Source: Mobula hypostoma (Eukaryota). Taken from it: a stretch of DNA of 64,000 nt. The stretch is from assembly GCF_963921235.1 (NCBI RefSeq), contig NC_086097.1:164922001-164986000 (forward strand), given 5' to 3'. A program made the position numbers and the translations under genes. How positions within the stretch are numbered: position 1 is the stretch's first letter; each line of letters opens with the position of its first letter. Shown piece by piece: positions 39,640 through 51,800 of this stretch. The notes beneath the pieces were generated by a model that did not search any database, was not told where the DNA came from, and saw only the letters and a list, made by a program, of their open reading frames with translations.

Positions 39640-41107
39640 TGAACAGTTAATTGCTCCAGGTGATCTGTGCATTAGTGTTTAAAATGGAGGCTCATAGAGC
39701 ACAGAGTACTTTCCGGTCAGTGTGCTTTACTGAGATAGGGTCAATCAGCTTTGACCAGGGGCCAATCTGGACACGGGAAGTTTGGAGAGGAGGGGACTTC
39801 AATCAGGTCCACTGCCCAAGGGCAAAAGGCAGAAGCAGGTTGCAGCAGCGTAAAAGAACTTTGACCAGCGGCCAATCGGCATTGAGATTGATTAGTAAGA
39901 GCAACTTAAAGGATGGCAAGAGCAAGTGCAGCAACCATCATCACAGCGGCTGTCGTCTAAGTGGACATGTCAGAGTAGTGATCATAAGGCTTTAGCTCTA
40001 CAAGGTTTCACCTGAGAGAGATTCACTTAAAGAAAGCAAAGAAAAGAAAAGCTCATTTTTTTCCCTTCTTTTCTCTATATCTGCTCAGCTAGGACAGTAG
40101 AAATGACAGGCAAAATAGTGGAATGCTCCTCTTGCGGGATGTGGGAAGGCAGGGAGACCTCCAGCGTTCTTGACGACTACAACTGCGAGAAGTGCATCCA
40201 GCTGCAGCACAGGAAATTGTGTGACGGTTAGGAAGGGGAAAGGGATTAAGGAGCCAGTGCAGAGTACCCCTATGGCCATCCCCCACAACAACAGGTATAT
40301 CACTTTGTATACTGTTGGGAGGGTCAACCTCACAGAGGAAAGTCACAGTGGTCGGGCCTCTGGCACTGAGTCTGGATCTGTGTCTCAGAAGGGAAGGGGG
40401 GAGAAGAAGCGTGCTCTGGTGTTAGAGGAACGGACAGGAGAACGAGAACGAGAGTCCCACATGGTACATTGGCTCCCGGGTGCCAGGGATCGGGATATCT
40501 CGGATCGAGTCCTCAGTATTCTTAAGTGGGAGGGTGAACACCCAGAAGTTATGGTCCATGTAGGTACCAATAACATGAGTTGGACGAGTGACGAGGGTCG
40601 GCATAGGAAGTTCAGGGAGTTAGGTGCTAAGTTAAAGGGCAAGAGCTCCAGGGTTGTGATCTCAGGATTGCTACCTGTGCCACGTGCTAGTGAGGCCAGA
40701 ACCTGGAAGATTATACAGTTTAACAAATGACTAAGGAGTTGGTGTAGGAGGGAGGGCATAAGATTTTTGGATCATTGAGCTCTCCTCCAGGGAAGGTGGG
40801 ACCTGTACAAAGGGGGCCTTGCCCTGCCAAAGGATCTCAGCCTGAAATGTCGACTGCACTCCTTTCCATTGATGCTGCCTTGCCTGCTGAGTTCCTCCAG
40901 AGTTTTGTGTGTGTTGCAATTGTTTATTAATGCTGCACAGAGGGGTTTAAACTAGAGTTGCAGAGGGATGGGAACCAGAGCGCCAGAACAGTTCATGGAG
41001 AGGTTCTGGAGGCAGATGTTGGTAAGACCCCAGACAAAGTTGGGAATCAAAAGGTTGAGCATGGTGTGACTAATGACCTGAGCTGTGTATATTTCAATGC
41101 AAGAAGT
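39640..41107 (+). mobile_element. CR1 LINE 5' part: 5' UTR, ORF1 (Cys-rich N-terminus + SGNH esterase-like domain), start of ORF2
   Basis: ATG at 40103 gives MTGKIVECSSCGMWEGRET...CEKC. Esterase motifs LPGARDRDISDRV...VMVHVGTNN...VVISGLLPVP. ORF2 start CVYFNARS near 41085. The 5' boundary is approximate. Confidence 0.82.
40820..40918 (+). mobile_element. Penelope-like pLTR fragment in CR1 ORF1
   Basis: GCCTGAAATGTCGACTG...GATGCTGCCTTGCCTGCTGAGTTCCTCCAG matches the other pLTR copies in the window. Confidence 0.75.
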
Positions 41108-42080
41108 AAAGGAAGAAAAGAGGATAATAGTGCTGAAGATGAGGTAGCTAGTTTACAAACAGAGGCAATATGTAGTGAGAAGCTGTTGATAGCACAAAAT
41201 TACAGTCAACAGGGTAGGTTGCTACGTAAAAGGCGGACAAAATCAAAAAGGGTAAATACAGGACTGAAGGTGTTGTACCTGAATGCGCACAGCATACAGA
41301 ATAAGCTAGATGAACTTGTAGCAGTTGCAAATTGGCAGGCATGATGTTCTAGGCATCGCTGAATCAAAAGAAGATTATAGCTGGGAGCTTAATGTCCAAG
41401 GATACATATCGAAAGGACAGGCAGGAAGGCAGAGGGGGCAGCATTGCTTTGTTGGTATAGAAAGAGGTGACACAGGGTTGGAAGGTGTTGAATGTGGATA
41501 AAGCTAAGGATAGACTAGGGTAAAAAGACCCTGATGGGAGTTGTATACCGATTCCCAAACAGTAGTAAGGATGTGGCCTAAAAATTACAATGGGAGATAG
41601 GAAATGCATGCCAAGATGGCAATGTTACAATAGTCATGGATGACTTTAATTTGCAGGTAGATTGGAAAAATCAGCTTGATGCTGGATTCCAGGAGGGGGT
41701 ATTTCTAGAGTGCCTATGAGATGCCTTTTTAGAGCAGCTAATGGTTGAGCCCACTGCAGGATCAGCTATTCTGGATTGAGTGTTGTGTAATTGATTAGAG
41801 AGCTTAAGGCAAAAGAATGCTAAGGAACAAGTGGTCATAATATGATCAAATTCACCTTGAAATTTGAGAAGGAGAAGCTATAGTCAGGTGTATCAGTATT
41901 ACAGGGGAGCAAAGAGAGTTACAGAGACATGAGAGAGGAGTTCGCCAGAATTCATTGGAAAAGGACACTGCCAGGATGACAGCAGAGCGGCAAAGGCCGG
42001 AATTTCTGGAAGCAATTTGGAAGACACAGGATATATACATCCAAAGAGAAAGAAGAATTCTAAAGGCAAGATAATACAAC

Positions 42081-42174
42081 TGTTATGATATACTTGTACA
42101 TGCACTCGTGAGCAGACGATTAAAGTGGGAGCGCATGCGCCGTTGTTTTTATCTGAAATATCTGTCTCAAAACA
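42081..42174 (+). repeat. 5' LTR (94 bp) of the Gypsy element
   Basis: TG...CA termini. Aligns to 53250-53333 with 10 substitutions and one 10-bp indel (hand count). Confidence 0.92.
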
Positions 42175-42190
42175 TGGTGGCAGTGGTGGG
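42175..42190 (+). promoter_or_regulatory. Primer-binding site complementary to the tRNA-Leu 3' end
   Basis: TGGTGGCAGTGGTGGG directly after the LTR CA. It is the reverse complement of the ...CCCACC(A/G)CTGCCA-CCA end of eukaryotic tRNA-Leu. Confidence 0.8.
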
Positions 42191-42249
42191 GCTCAGAAAA
42201 TTGCTTTTTACAACCACAGCATCCGATTTTTTCAACTTGCAGTTGGCAG

Positions 42250-42868
42250 CATAACAGGCCTAGAGAGAAAGGGGGAGAGGAGGGAAAGCAGGATCTCCCA
42301 GTGGACACACATTTTAATTTCACGTCCCACTCCCATTCTGATATGTCTATCCATGGCCTCCTCTACTGTCAAGATGAAGCCACACTCAGGTTGGAGGAAC
42401 AACACCTTATATTCCATCTGGGTAGTCTCCAATCTGATGGCATGAACATTGACTTCTCTAACTTCCGTTAATGCCCCACCACCATTATTTATTTCTTCTT
42501 TATTATTATTATATATATGTATATATACATATATATATTCTCTCTCTCCTTTTTCTCCCTCTGTCCCTATGACTATACCCCTTGCCCATCCTCTGGGTTC
42601 CCCCCTCCCCCTTGTCTTTCTCCCTAGGCCTCCTGTCCCATGATCCTCTCATATCCTTTTTGCCAATCACCTTTCCAGCTCTTGGCTCCATTCCTCCCCT
42701 TCCTGTCTTCTCCTATCATTTTGGATCTCCCCCTCCCCCTCCCACTTTCAAATCTCTTACTAACTTTTCCTTCAGTTAGTCCTGACGAAGGGTCTCAGCC
42801 TGAAACATCGACTGTACCTCTTCCTAGAGACGCTGCCTGGCCTGCTGCATTCACCAGCAAATTTTATG
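42250..42868 (+). mobile_element. Penelope-like element 3' fragment (GIY-YIG C-terminus + pLTR) nested in the Gypsy element
   Basis: QDLPVDTHFN...HSHSDMSIHGLLYC...LRLEEQHLIFHLGSLQSDGMNIDF, pyrimidine-rich spacer, then pLTR with CTGACGA...GAAA. A short inverted pLTR piece appears to lie at 42250-42285. Confidence 0.85.
42777..42814 (+). ncRNA. Minimal hammerhead ribozyme motif in a PLE pLTR
   Basis: TAGTC-CTGACGA-AGGGTCTCAGCCT-GAAA-CA-TC-GACTG. Confidence 0.65.
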
Positions 42869-42869
42869 T

Positions 42870-45800
42870 CAGTGACAGCAGCACCAAGTTTATCGACAAT
42901 GTCATACTGGTGGTCAACAGTTTGAAGACAAAGGATGATGTATTCACACAGATGCTCATCAATGGAAAGCCAACAGACTTCCAAGTCGACAGCGGGGCGA
43001 GCAGTAACATTTTACCCCGCAAATACTTGGAGGGAGTAGACCACTCACTAAGACAATGCACAAAAAAGCTGATGATGTGGAACAAGACCACCATGGATGC
43101 AGAAGGGATGTGTAGAGTGAAACTGCGTAACCCCATGACGAACTGCAAGTATTCTGTCGAATTTGTCATGGTCACTGACTTTACACCATTACTGAGAAGT
43201 AGGGCCAGCCAGCAAATGAATCTGATTACAGTCAACGATGACAACTTTCGCAGGGTGCATGCATCTACACTTAAAGAAAAACAATGCACACCAGCAGAAC
43301 GCTATGCAGAGGTGTTCGATGATACGCTCGGGGAGCTTCCGGATGCAGCCCACCTGCAGATTGATGAGGAAGTTCAACCTACAGTGTTACCCCCATGATG
43401 TCTACCTCACGCTATGAAGCGGGAAGTGAAAGCTGAGCTCGATCAACTGGTAGACCGCAAGGTGATAGCTCCAGTCCATGAACCTACAAGGTGGGTTAGC
43501 CAGTTAGTAGTCGCAGAGAACAAGAACGGCAGTCTTCATATATGCATCGACCCTTGACCATTGAACAAAGCGCTGAGGAGAGAACACTACCCCCTTCTGG
43601 TGATAGAGGACATTTTGCCAGATCTTGACCAGGCTAAGGTTTTCAGCAAGCTTGACAGGAGTTCTGCATTCTGGCAAGTGAAATTGGACAGTGAATCGAG
43701 CGTGCTCACCACTTTCAACACACCTTTCGGGCAGTATAGATGGCTCAGACTCCTGTTTGGAACCGGCGTTTCATCAGTGATCTTCCAGCGCAGGCTGCAC
43801 CAGGCGCTGGAAGGACTACCAGGAGTGATCTACGTCACAGACGGCATTCTGGTGTACGAAAAAGGGGAAACACAGGAAAAGGCAATCGCCGATCAGGATG
43901 TGAAACTTGAGCAGCTATTACAGCGTTGTATATCAGGCTCAACAAGAATAAATCTGTCTTCAGAGGGACAGAGATACCCTTTTTGGGGCACCTCATCACA
44001 AGTGAGGGACTTCAGCCTGATCCTAAAAAGGTCGCTGACGTTCTCAACATGCCAGCACCCACGGATGTGCAGGGAGTGCAGTGATTGATCAGATTTGTCA
44101 ACTACCTGAGCCGTTTTCTACCAAGTCTCTCAGATACCCTTGAGCCAATAAGACAGCTGACAAAGCCAGATGTAGCATGGGAGTGGTCAGCTGAGCAGCA
44201 AAACGCTCTCTCAAGATCAAGCGGATGGTATCCGAAGCACCGGTGTTAGCATACTACAATTCTAAGGAAAAGCTAACCATCCAATGTGACGCCAGCAACC
44301 AAGGCCTAGGGGCAGCACTCCTCCAGAATGGATGTCCGATCACATATGCGAGCAGAGCGCTAACGGACACAGAAACGCATTACGCAGCGATTGAAAAGGA
44401 AATGCAATCATTTTCACACTTGAGCGTTTTCATCAATACACTTTTGGCCGCTTCACAAGAGTACTCAGCGATCACAAGCCGCTCGAAATGATAGTTAAGA
44501 CGCCTTTGGTGAAGGCACCGAAGCGCCTACAGGGAGTTCTTCTTCGCCTGCAAAGCTATGACTTTGACATCACCTACCGTCAAGGAAAGCTCATGCACCT
44601 CGCGGATACACTATCGCGAGCAGTCAGCGGTACTCCAGGCCAGGAGAACAGCTTCAACGAAGTCTACATGCTTTCGCACCTGCCAATCCGCGATGAGCGT
44701 CTAGAGCAGATCCGCACAGAAACAGCGAAAGATGACACACTATTGATGTTGAAACGCGTAATGATCAGTGGATGGCCGAGCGAGTGTGACATGCTACCAG
44801 AGCAACTCACACCTTACTATAGCTATAGGGATGAGCTCACAATCCAAGACGGCTTAATCTTCAAAGGTGAGTGCGTTATAATACCGCCAAGTGAGCGAAA
44901 GCAAATGAAGGAAAGAATTCATTTGTCACATTTGGATGTAGAAGGATGCCTCAGACGTGCATGCGAATGTCTTTTTTGACCGGGCATGAGCAGCGACATC
45001 AAGCAATATATTGCTACATGTGATGTTTGTCGCACATACCAAGTGAGTCAGCAGAAAGAATCGTTTATGAGTCCTGAGGTACCTGCTCGGCCGTGGGAAA
45101 AGATACCGACCTGTGTACATTCGAAGGAAAAGAGTACTTCATCACCATTGATTACTACAGCAATTTCTTCAAGGTAGATCTTTGCGATACGACCAGCGCT
45201 GCCGTTATTCGCAAATTGAAGGCTCATTTTGCGAGATATGGTAGCCCAACACAAGTGGTTAGTGATAATGGGCCACAATACACGTCAGTGGAGTTTCACA
45301 GATTTGCACGAGAATGGAATCTTGAGCACTTGTGTTGCAGCCCCAGAAATAGCAGAGCGAATGGAAAAGCTGAATCAGCAGTCAAAACAGCTAAGCGGAT
45401 CCTCACAAAGAGCAACAGATTGCGAGCATATCCCTACCTCGCACTTCTCGACCTTCGCAAAGGCTCAGCACAAGTCCTGCCCAGCAACTGATGAATCGCC
45501 ACACACACACGCTTCTGCCTACAACAGCGAGTTTACTGGAACCCAGAGTTGTACACGAACGCGAGCATATGAAACAACACGTCCAGCAGCAGGTCAACAA
45601 TTACAACAAATCAGCCAAAGATCTTGCCCCACTCGACGAAGGGGATACCGTGTGCAAGGTCAAAAGAATTGGGAGAAAGCAATTGTGTGTTGGCACCTTG
45701 ATGAGCACTCATATGTAGTTCAAACCCCTTCTGGGATCTACCGACGTAATCGCACACATCTATGAAAGACGGCTCAGGAACCGCCTGAAAAGCTAATCAC

Positions 45801-48800
45801 ATATGAACAGGCAAAACCAGGCCAAACAACCAAGATCAATGACCCCAGTGTGCCTACTGCATCAAATGCACACAGCCAAACACTAGCAGAGGCTAATGAC
45901 AATGACCCCAGTGTGCCTACTGCATCAAATGCACACAGCCAAACACCAGCAGAGCCTAATGACAATGACCCCAGTGTGCCTACTGCATCAAATGCACACA
46001 GCCAAACACTAGCAGAGGCTAATGACAATGACCCCAGTGTGCCTACTGCATCAAATGCACACAGCCAAACACTAGCAGAGGCTAATGACAATGACCACGG
46101 TGTGTCTACTGCATCAAATGCACACAGCCAAACACTAGCAGAGGCTAATGACAATGACCACGGTGTGTCTACTGCATCAAATGCACACAGCCAAACACTA
46201 GCAGAGGCTAATGACAATGACCACGGTGTGTCTACTGCATCAAATGCACACAGCCAAACACTAGCAGAGGCTAATGACAATGACCACGGTGTGCCTACTG
46301 CATCAAATGCACACAGCCAAACACTAGCAGAGGCTAATGACAATGACCACGGTGTGTCTACTGCATCAAATGCACACAGCCAAACACTAGCAGAGGCTAA
46401 TGACAATGACCACGGTGTGTCTACTGCATCAAATGCACACAGCCAAACACTAGCAGAGGCTAATGACAATGACCCCAGTGTGCCTACTGCATCAAATGCA
46501 CACAGCCAAACACTAGCAGAGGCTAATGACAATGACCACGGTGTGCCTACTGCATCAAATGCACACAGCCAAACACCAGCAGAGGCTAATGACAATGACC
46601 CCAGTGTGCCTACTGCATCAAATGCACACAGCCAAACACTAGCAGAGGCTAATGACAATGACCACGGTGTGTCTACTGCATCAAATGCACACAGCCAAAC
46701 ACTAGCAGAGGCTAATAACAATGACCCCAGTGTGTCTACTGCATCAAATGCACACAGCCAAACACTAGCAGAGGCTAATAACAATGACCCCAGTGTGCCT
46801 ACTGCATCAAATGCACACAGCCAAACACTAGCAGAGGCTAATGACAATGACCCCAGTGTGCCTACTGCATCAAATGCACACAGCCAAACACTAGCAGAGG
46901 CTAATGACAATGACCACGGTGTGTCTACTGCATCAAATGCACACAGCCAAACACTAGCAGAGGCTAATGACAATGACCCCAGTGTGCCTACTGCATCAAA
47001 TGCACACAGCCAAACACTAGCAGAGGCTAATGACAATGACCACGGTGTGTCTACTGCATCAAATGCACACAGCCAAACACTAGCAGAGGCTAATGACAAT
47101 GACCCCAGTGTGCCTACTGCATCAAATGCACACAGCCAAACACTAGCAGAGGCTAATGACAATGACCACGGTGTGCCTACTGCATCAAATGCACACAGCC
47201 AAACACTAGCAGAGGCTAATGACAATGACCACGGTGTGCCTACTGCATCAAATGCACACAGCCAAACACTAGCAGAGGCTAATAACAATGACCACGGTGT
47301 ATCTACTGCATCAAATGCACACAGCCAAACACTAGCAGAGGCTAATGACAATGACCACGGTGTGTCTACTGCATCAAATGCACACAGCCAAACACTAGCA
47401 GAGGCTAATGACAATGACCACGGTGTGTCTACTGCATCAAATGCACACAGCCAAACACTAGCAGAGGCTAATAACAATGACCCCAGTGTGTCTACTGCAT
47501 CAAATGCACACAGCCAAACACTAGCAGAGGCTAATGACAATGACCCCAGTGTGCCTACTGCATCAAATGCACACAGCCAAACACTAGCAGAGGCTAATGA
47601 CAATGACCACGGTGTGTCTACTGCATCAAATGCACACAGCCAAACACTAGCAGAGGCTAATAACAATGACCACGGTGTGTCTACTGCATCAAATGCACAC
47701 AGCCAAACACTAGCAGAGGCTAATAACAATGACCCCAGTGTGTCTACTGCATCAAATGCACACAGCCAAACACTAGCAGAGGCTAATGACAATGACCACG
47801 GTGTGCCTACTGCATCAAATGCACACAGCCAAACACTAGCAGAGGCTAATGACAATGACCCCAGTGTGCCTACTGCATCAAATGCACACAGCCAAACACT
47901 AGCAGAGGCTAATAACAATGACCACGGTGTGTCTACTGCATCAAATGCACACAGCCAAACACTAGCAGAGGCTAATGACAATGACCACGGTGTGTCTACT
48001 GCATCAAATGCACACAGCCAAACACTAGCAGAGGCTAATAACAATGACCCCAGTGTGTCTACTGCATCAAATGCACACAGCCAAACACTAGCAGAGGCTA
48101 ATAACAATGACCCCAGTGTGCCTACTGCATCAAATGCACACAGCCAAACACTAGCAGAGGCTAATGACAATGACCCCAGTGTGCCTACTGCATCAAATGC
48201 ACACAGCCAAACACTAGCAGAGGCTAATGACAATGACCACGGTGTGTCTACTGCATCAAATGCACACAGCCAAACACTAGCAGAGGCTAATGACAATGAC
48301 CACGGTGTGCCTACTGCATCAAATGCACACAGCCAAACACTAGCAGAGGCTAATGACAATGACCACGGTGTGTCTACTGCATCAAATGCACACAGCCAAA
48401 CACTAGCAGAGGCTAATGACAATGACCCCAGTGTGCCTACTGCATCAAATGCACAGAGCCAAACACTAGCAGAGGCTAATGACAATGACCACGGTGTGCC
48501 TACTGCATCAAATGCACACAGCCAAACACTAGCAGAGGCTAATGACAATGACCCCAGTGTGCCTACTGCATCAAATGCACACAGCCAAACACTAGCAGAG
48601 GCTAATAACAATGACCACGGTGTATCTACTGCATCAAATGCACACAGCCAAACACTAGCAGAGGCTAATGACAATGACCACGGTGTGCCTACTGCATCAA
48701 ATGCACACAGCCAAACACTAGCAGAGGCTAATGACAATGACCACGGTGTGTCTACTGCATCAAATGCACACAGCCAAACACTAGCAGAGGCTAATAACAA

Positions 48801-51800
48801 TGACCCCAGTGTGTCTACTGCATCAAATGCACACAGCCAAACACTAGCAGAGGCTAATAACAATGACCCCAGTGTGCCTACTGCATCAAATGCACACAGC
48901 CAAACACTAGCAGAGGCTAATGACAATGACCCCAGTGTGCCTACTGCATCAAATGCACACAGCCAAACACTAGCAGAGGCTAATGACAATGACCACGGTG
49001 TGTCTACTGCATCAAATGCACACAGCCAAACACTAGCAGAGGCTAATGACAATGACCCCAGTGTGTCTACTGCATCAAATGCACACAGCCAAACACTAGC
49101 AGAGGCTAATAACAATGACCACGGTGTGTCTACTGCATCAAATGCACACAGCCAAACACTAGCAGAGGCTAATGACAATGACCACGGTGTGTCTACTGCA
49201 TCAAATGCACACAGCCAAACACTAGCAGAGGCTAATGACAATGACCCCAGTGTGCCTACTGCATCAAATGCACACAGCCAAACACTAGCAGAGGCTAATG
49301 ACAATGACCCCAGTGTGCCTACTGCATCAAATGCACACAGCCAAACACTAGCAGAGGCTAATGACAATGACCACGGTGTGCCTACTGCATCAAATGCACA
49401 CAGCCAAACACTAGCAGAGGCTAATGACAATGACCCCAGTGTGCCTACTGCATCAAATGCACACAGCCAAACACTAGCAGAGGCTAATGACAATGACCCC
49501 AGTGTGTCTACTGCATCAAATGCACACAGCCAAACACTAGCAGAGGCTAATGACAATGACCACGGTGTGCCTACTGCATCAAATGCACACAGCCAAACAC
49601 TAGCAGAGGCTAATGACAATGACTACTGTGTGCCTACTGCATCAAATGCACACAGCCAAACACTAGCAGAGGCTAATAACAATGACGCCAGTGTGTCTAC
49701 TGCATCAAATGCACACAGCCAAACACTAGCAGAGGCTAATAACAATGACCCCAGTGTGTCTACTGCATCAAATGCACACAGCCAAACACTAGCAGAGGCT
49801 AATGACAATGACCACGGTGTGTCTACTGCATCAAATGCACACAGCCAAACACTAGCAGAGGCTAATGACAATGACCACGGTGTGTCTACTGCATCAAATG
49901 CACACAGCCAAACACTAGCAGAGGCTAATGACAATGACCACGGTGTGTCTACTGCATCAAATGCACACAGCCAAACACTAGCAGAGGCTAATGACAATGA
50001 CCACGGTGTGTCTACTGCATCAAATGCACACAGCCAAACACTAGCAGAGGCTAATGACAATGACCACGGTGTGCCTACTGCATCAAATGCACACAGCCAA
50101 ACACTAGCAGAGGCTAATGACAATGACCACGGTGTGTCTACTGCATCAAATGCACACAGCCAAACACTAGCAGAGGCTAATGACAATGACCACGGTGTGT
50201 CTACTGCATCAAATGCACACAGCCAAACACTAGCAGAGGCTAATGACAATGACCCCAGTGTGTCTACTGCATCAAATGCACACAGCCAAACACTAGCAGA
50301 GGCTAATGACAATGACCACGGTGTGCCTACTGCATCAAATGCACACAGCCAAACACCAGCAGAGGCTAATGACAATGACCCCAGTGTGCCTACTGCATCA
50401 AATGCACACAGCCAAACACTAGCAGAGGCTAATGACAATGACCCCAGTGTGCCTACTGCATCAAATGCACACAGCCAAACACTAGCAGAGGCTAATGACA
50501 ATGACCACCGTGTGTCTACTGCATCAAATGCACACAGCCAAACACTAGCAGAGGCTAATGACAATGACCCCAGTGTGCCTACTGCATCAAATGCACACAG
50601 CCAAACACTAGCAGAGGCTAATGACAATGACCACGGTGTGTCTACTGCATCAAATGCACACAGCCAAACACTAGCAGAGGCTAATGACAATGACCCCAGT
50701 GTGTCTACTGCATCAAATGCACACAGCCAAACACTAGCAGAGGCTAATGACAATGACCCCAGTGTGCCTACTGCATCAAATGCACACAGCCAAACACTAG
50801 CAGAGGCTAATGACAATGACCCCAGTGTGCCTACTGCATCAAATGCACACAGCCAAACACTAGCAGAGGCTAATGACAATGACCACGGTGTGTCTACTGC
50901 ATCAAATGCACACAGCCAAACACTAGCAGAGGCTAATGACAATGACCCCAGTGTGCCTACTGCATCAAATGCACACAGCCAAACACTAGCAGAGGCTAAT
51001 GACAATGACCCCAGTGTGCCTACTGCATCAAATGCACACAGCCAAACACTAGCAGAGGCTAATGACAATGACCACGGTGTGTCTACTGCATCAAATGCAC
51101 ACAGCCAAACACTAGCAGAGGCTAATGACAATGACCCCAGTGTGTCTACTGCATCAAATGCACACAGCCAAACACTAGCAGAGGCTAATGACAATGACCC
51201 CAGTGTGCCTACTGCATCAAATGCACACAGCCAAACACTAGCAGAGGCTAATGACAATGACCACGGTGTGCCTACTGCATCAAATGCACACAGCCAAACA
51301 CTAGCAGAGGCTAATGACAATGACCCCAGTGTGCCTACTGCATCAAATGCACACAGCCAAACACTAGCAGAGGCTAATGACAATGACTACTGTGTGCCTA
51401 CTGCATCAAATGCACACAGCCAAACACTAGCAGAGGCTAATGACAATGACCCCAGTGTGTCTACTGCATCAAATGCACACAGCCAAACACTAGCAGAGGC
51501 TAATAACAATGACCCCAGTGTGTCTACTGCATCAAATGCACACAGCCAAACACTAGCAGAGGCTAATGACAATGACTACTGTGTGCCTACTGCATCAAAT
51601 GCACACAGCCAAACACTAGCAGAGGCTAATGACAATGACCACGGTGTGCCTACTGCATCAAATGCACACAGCCAAACACTAGCAGAGGCTAATAACAATG
51701 ACCCCAGTGTGTCTACTGCATCAAATGCACACAGCCAAACACTAGCAGAGGCTAATGACAATGACCCCAGTGTGCCTACTGCATCAAATGCACACAGCCA

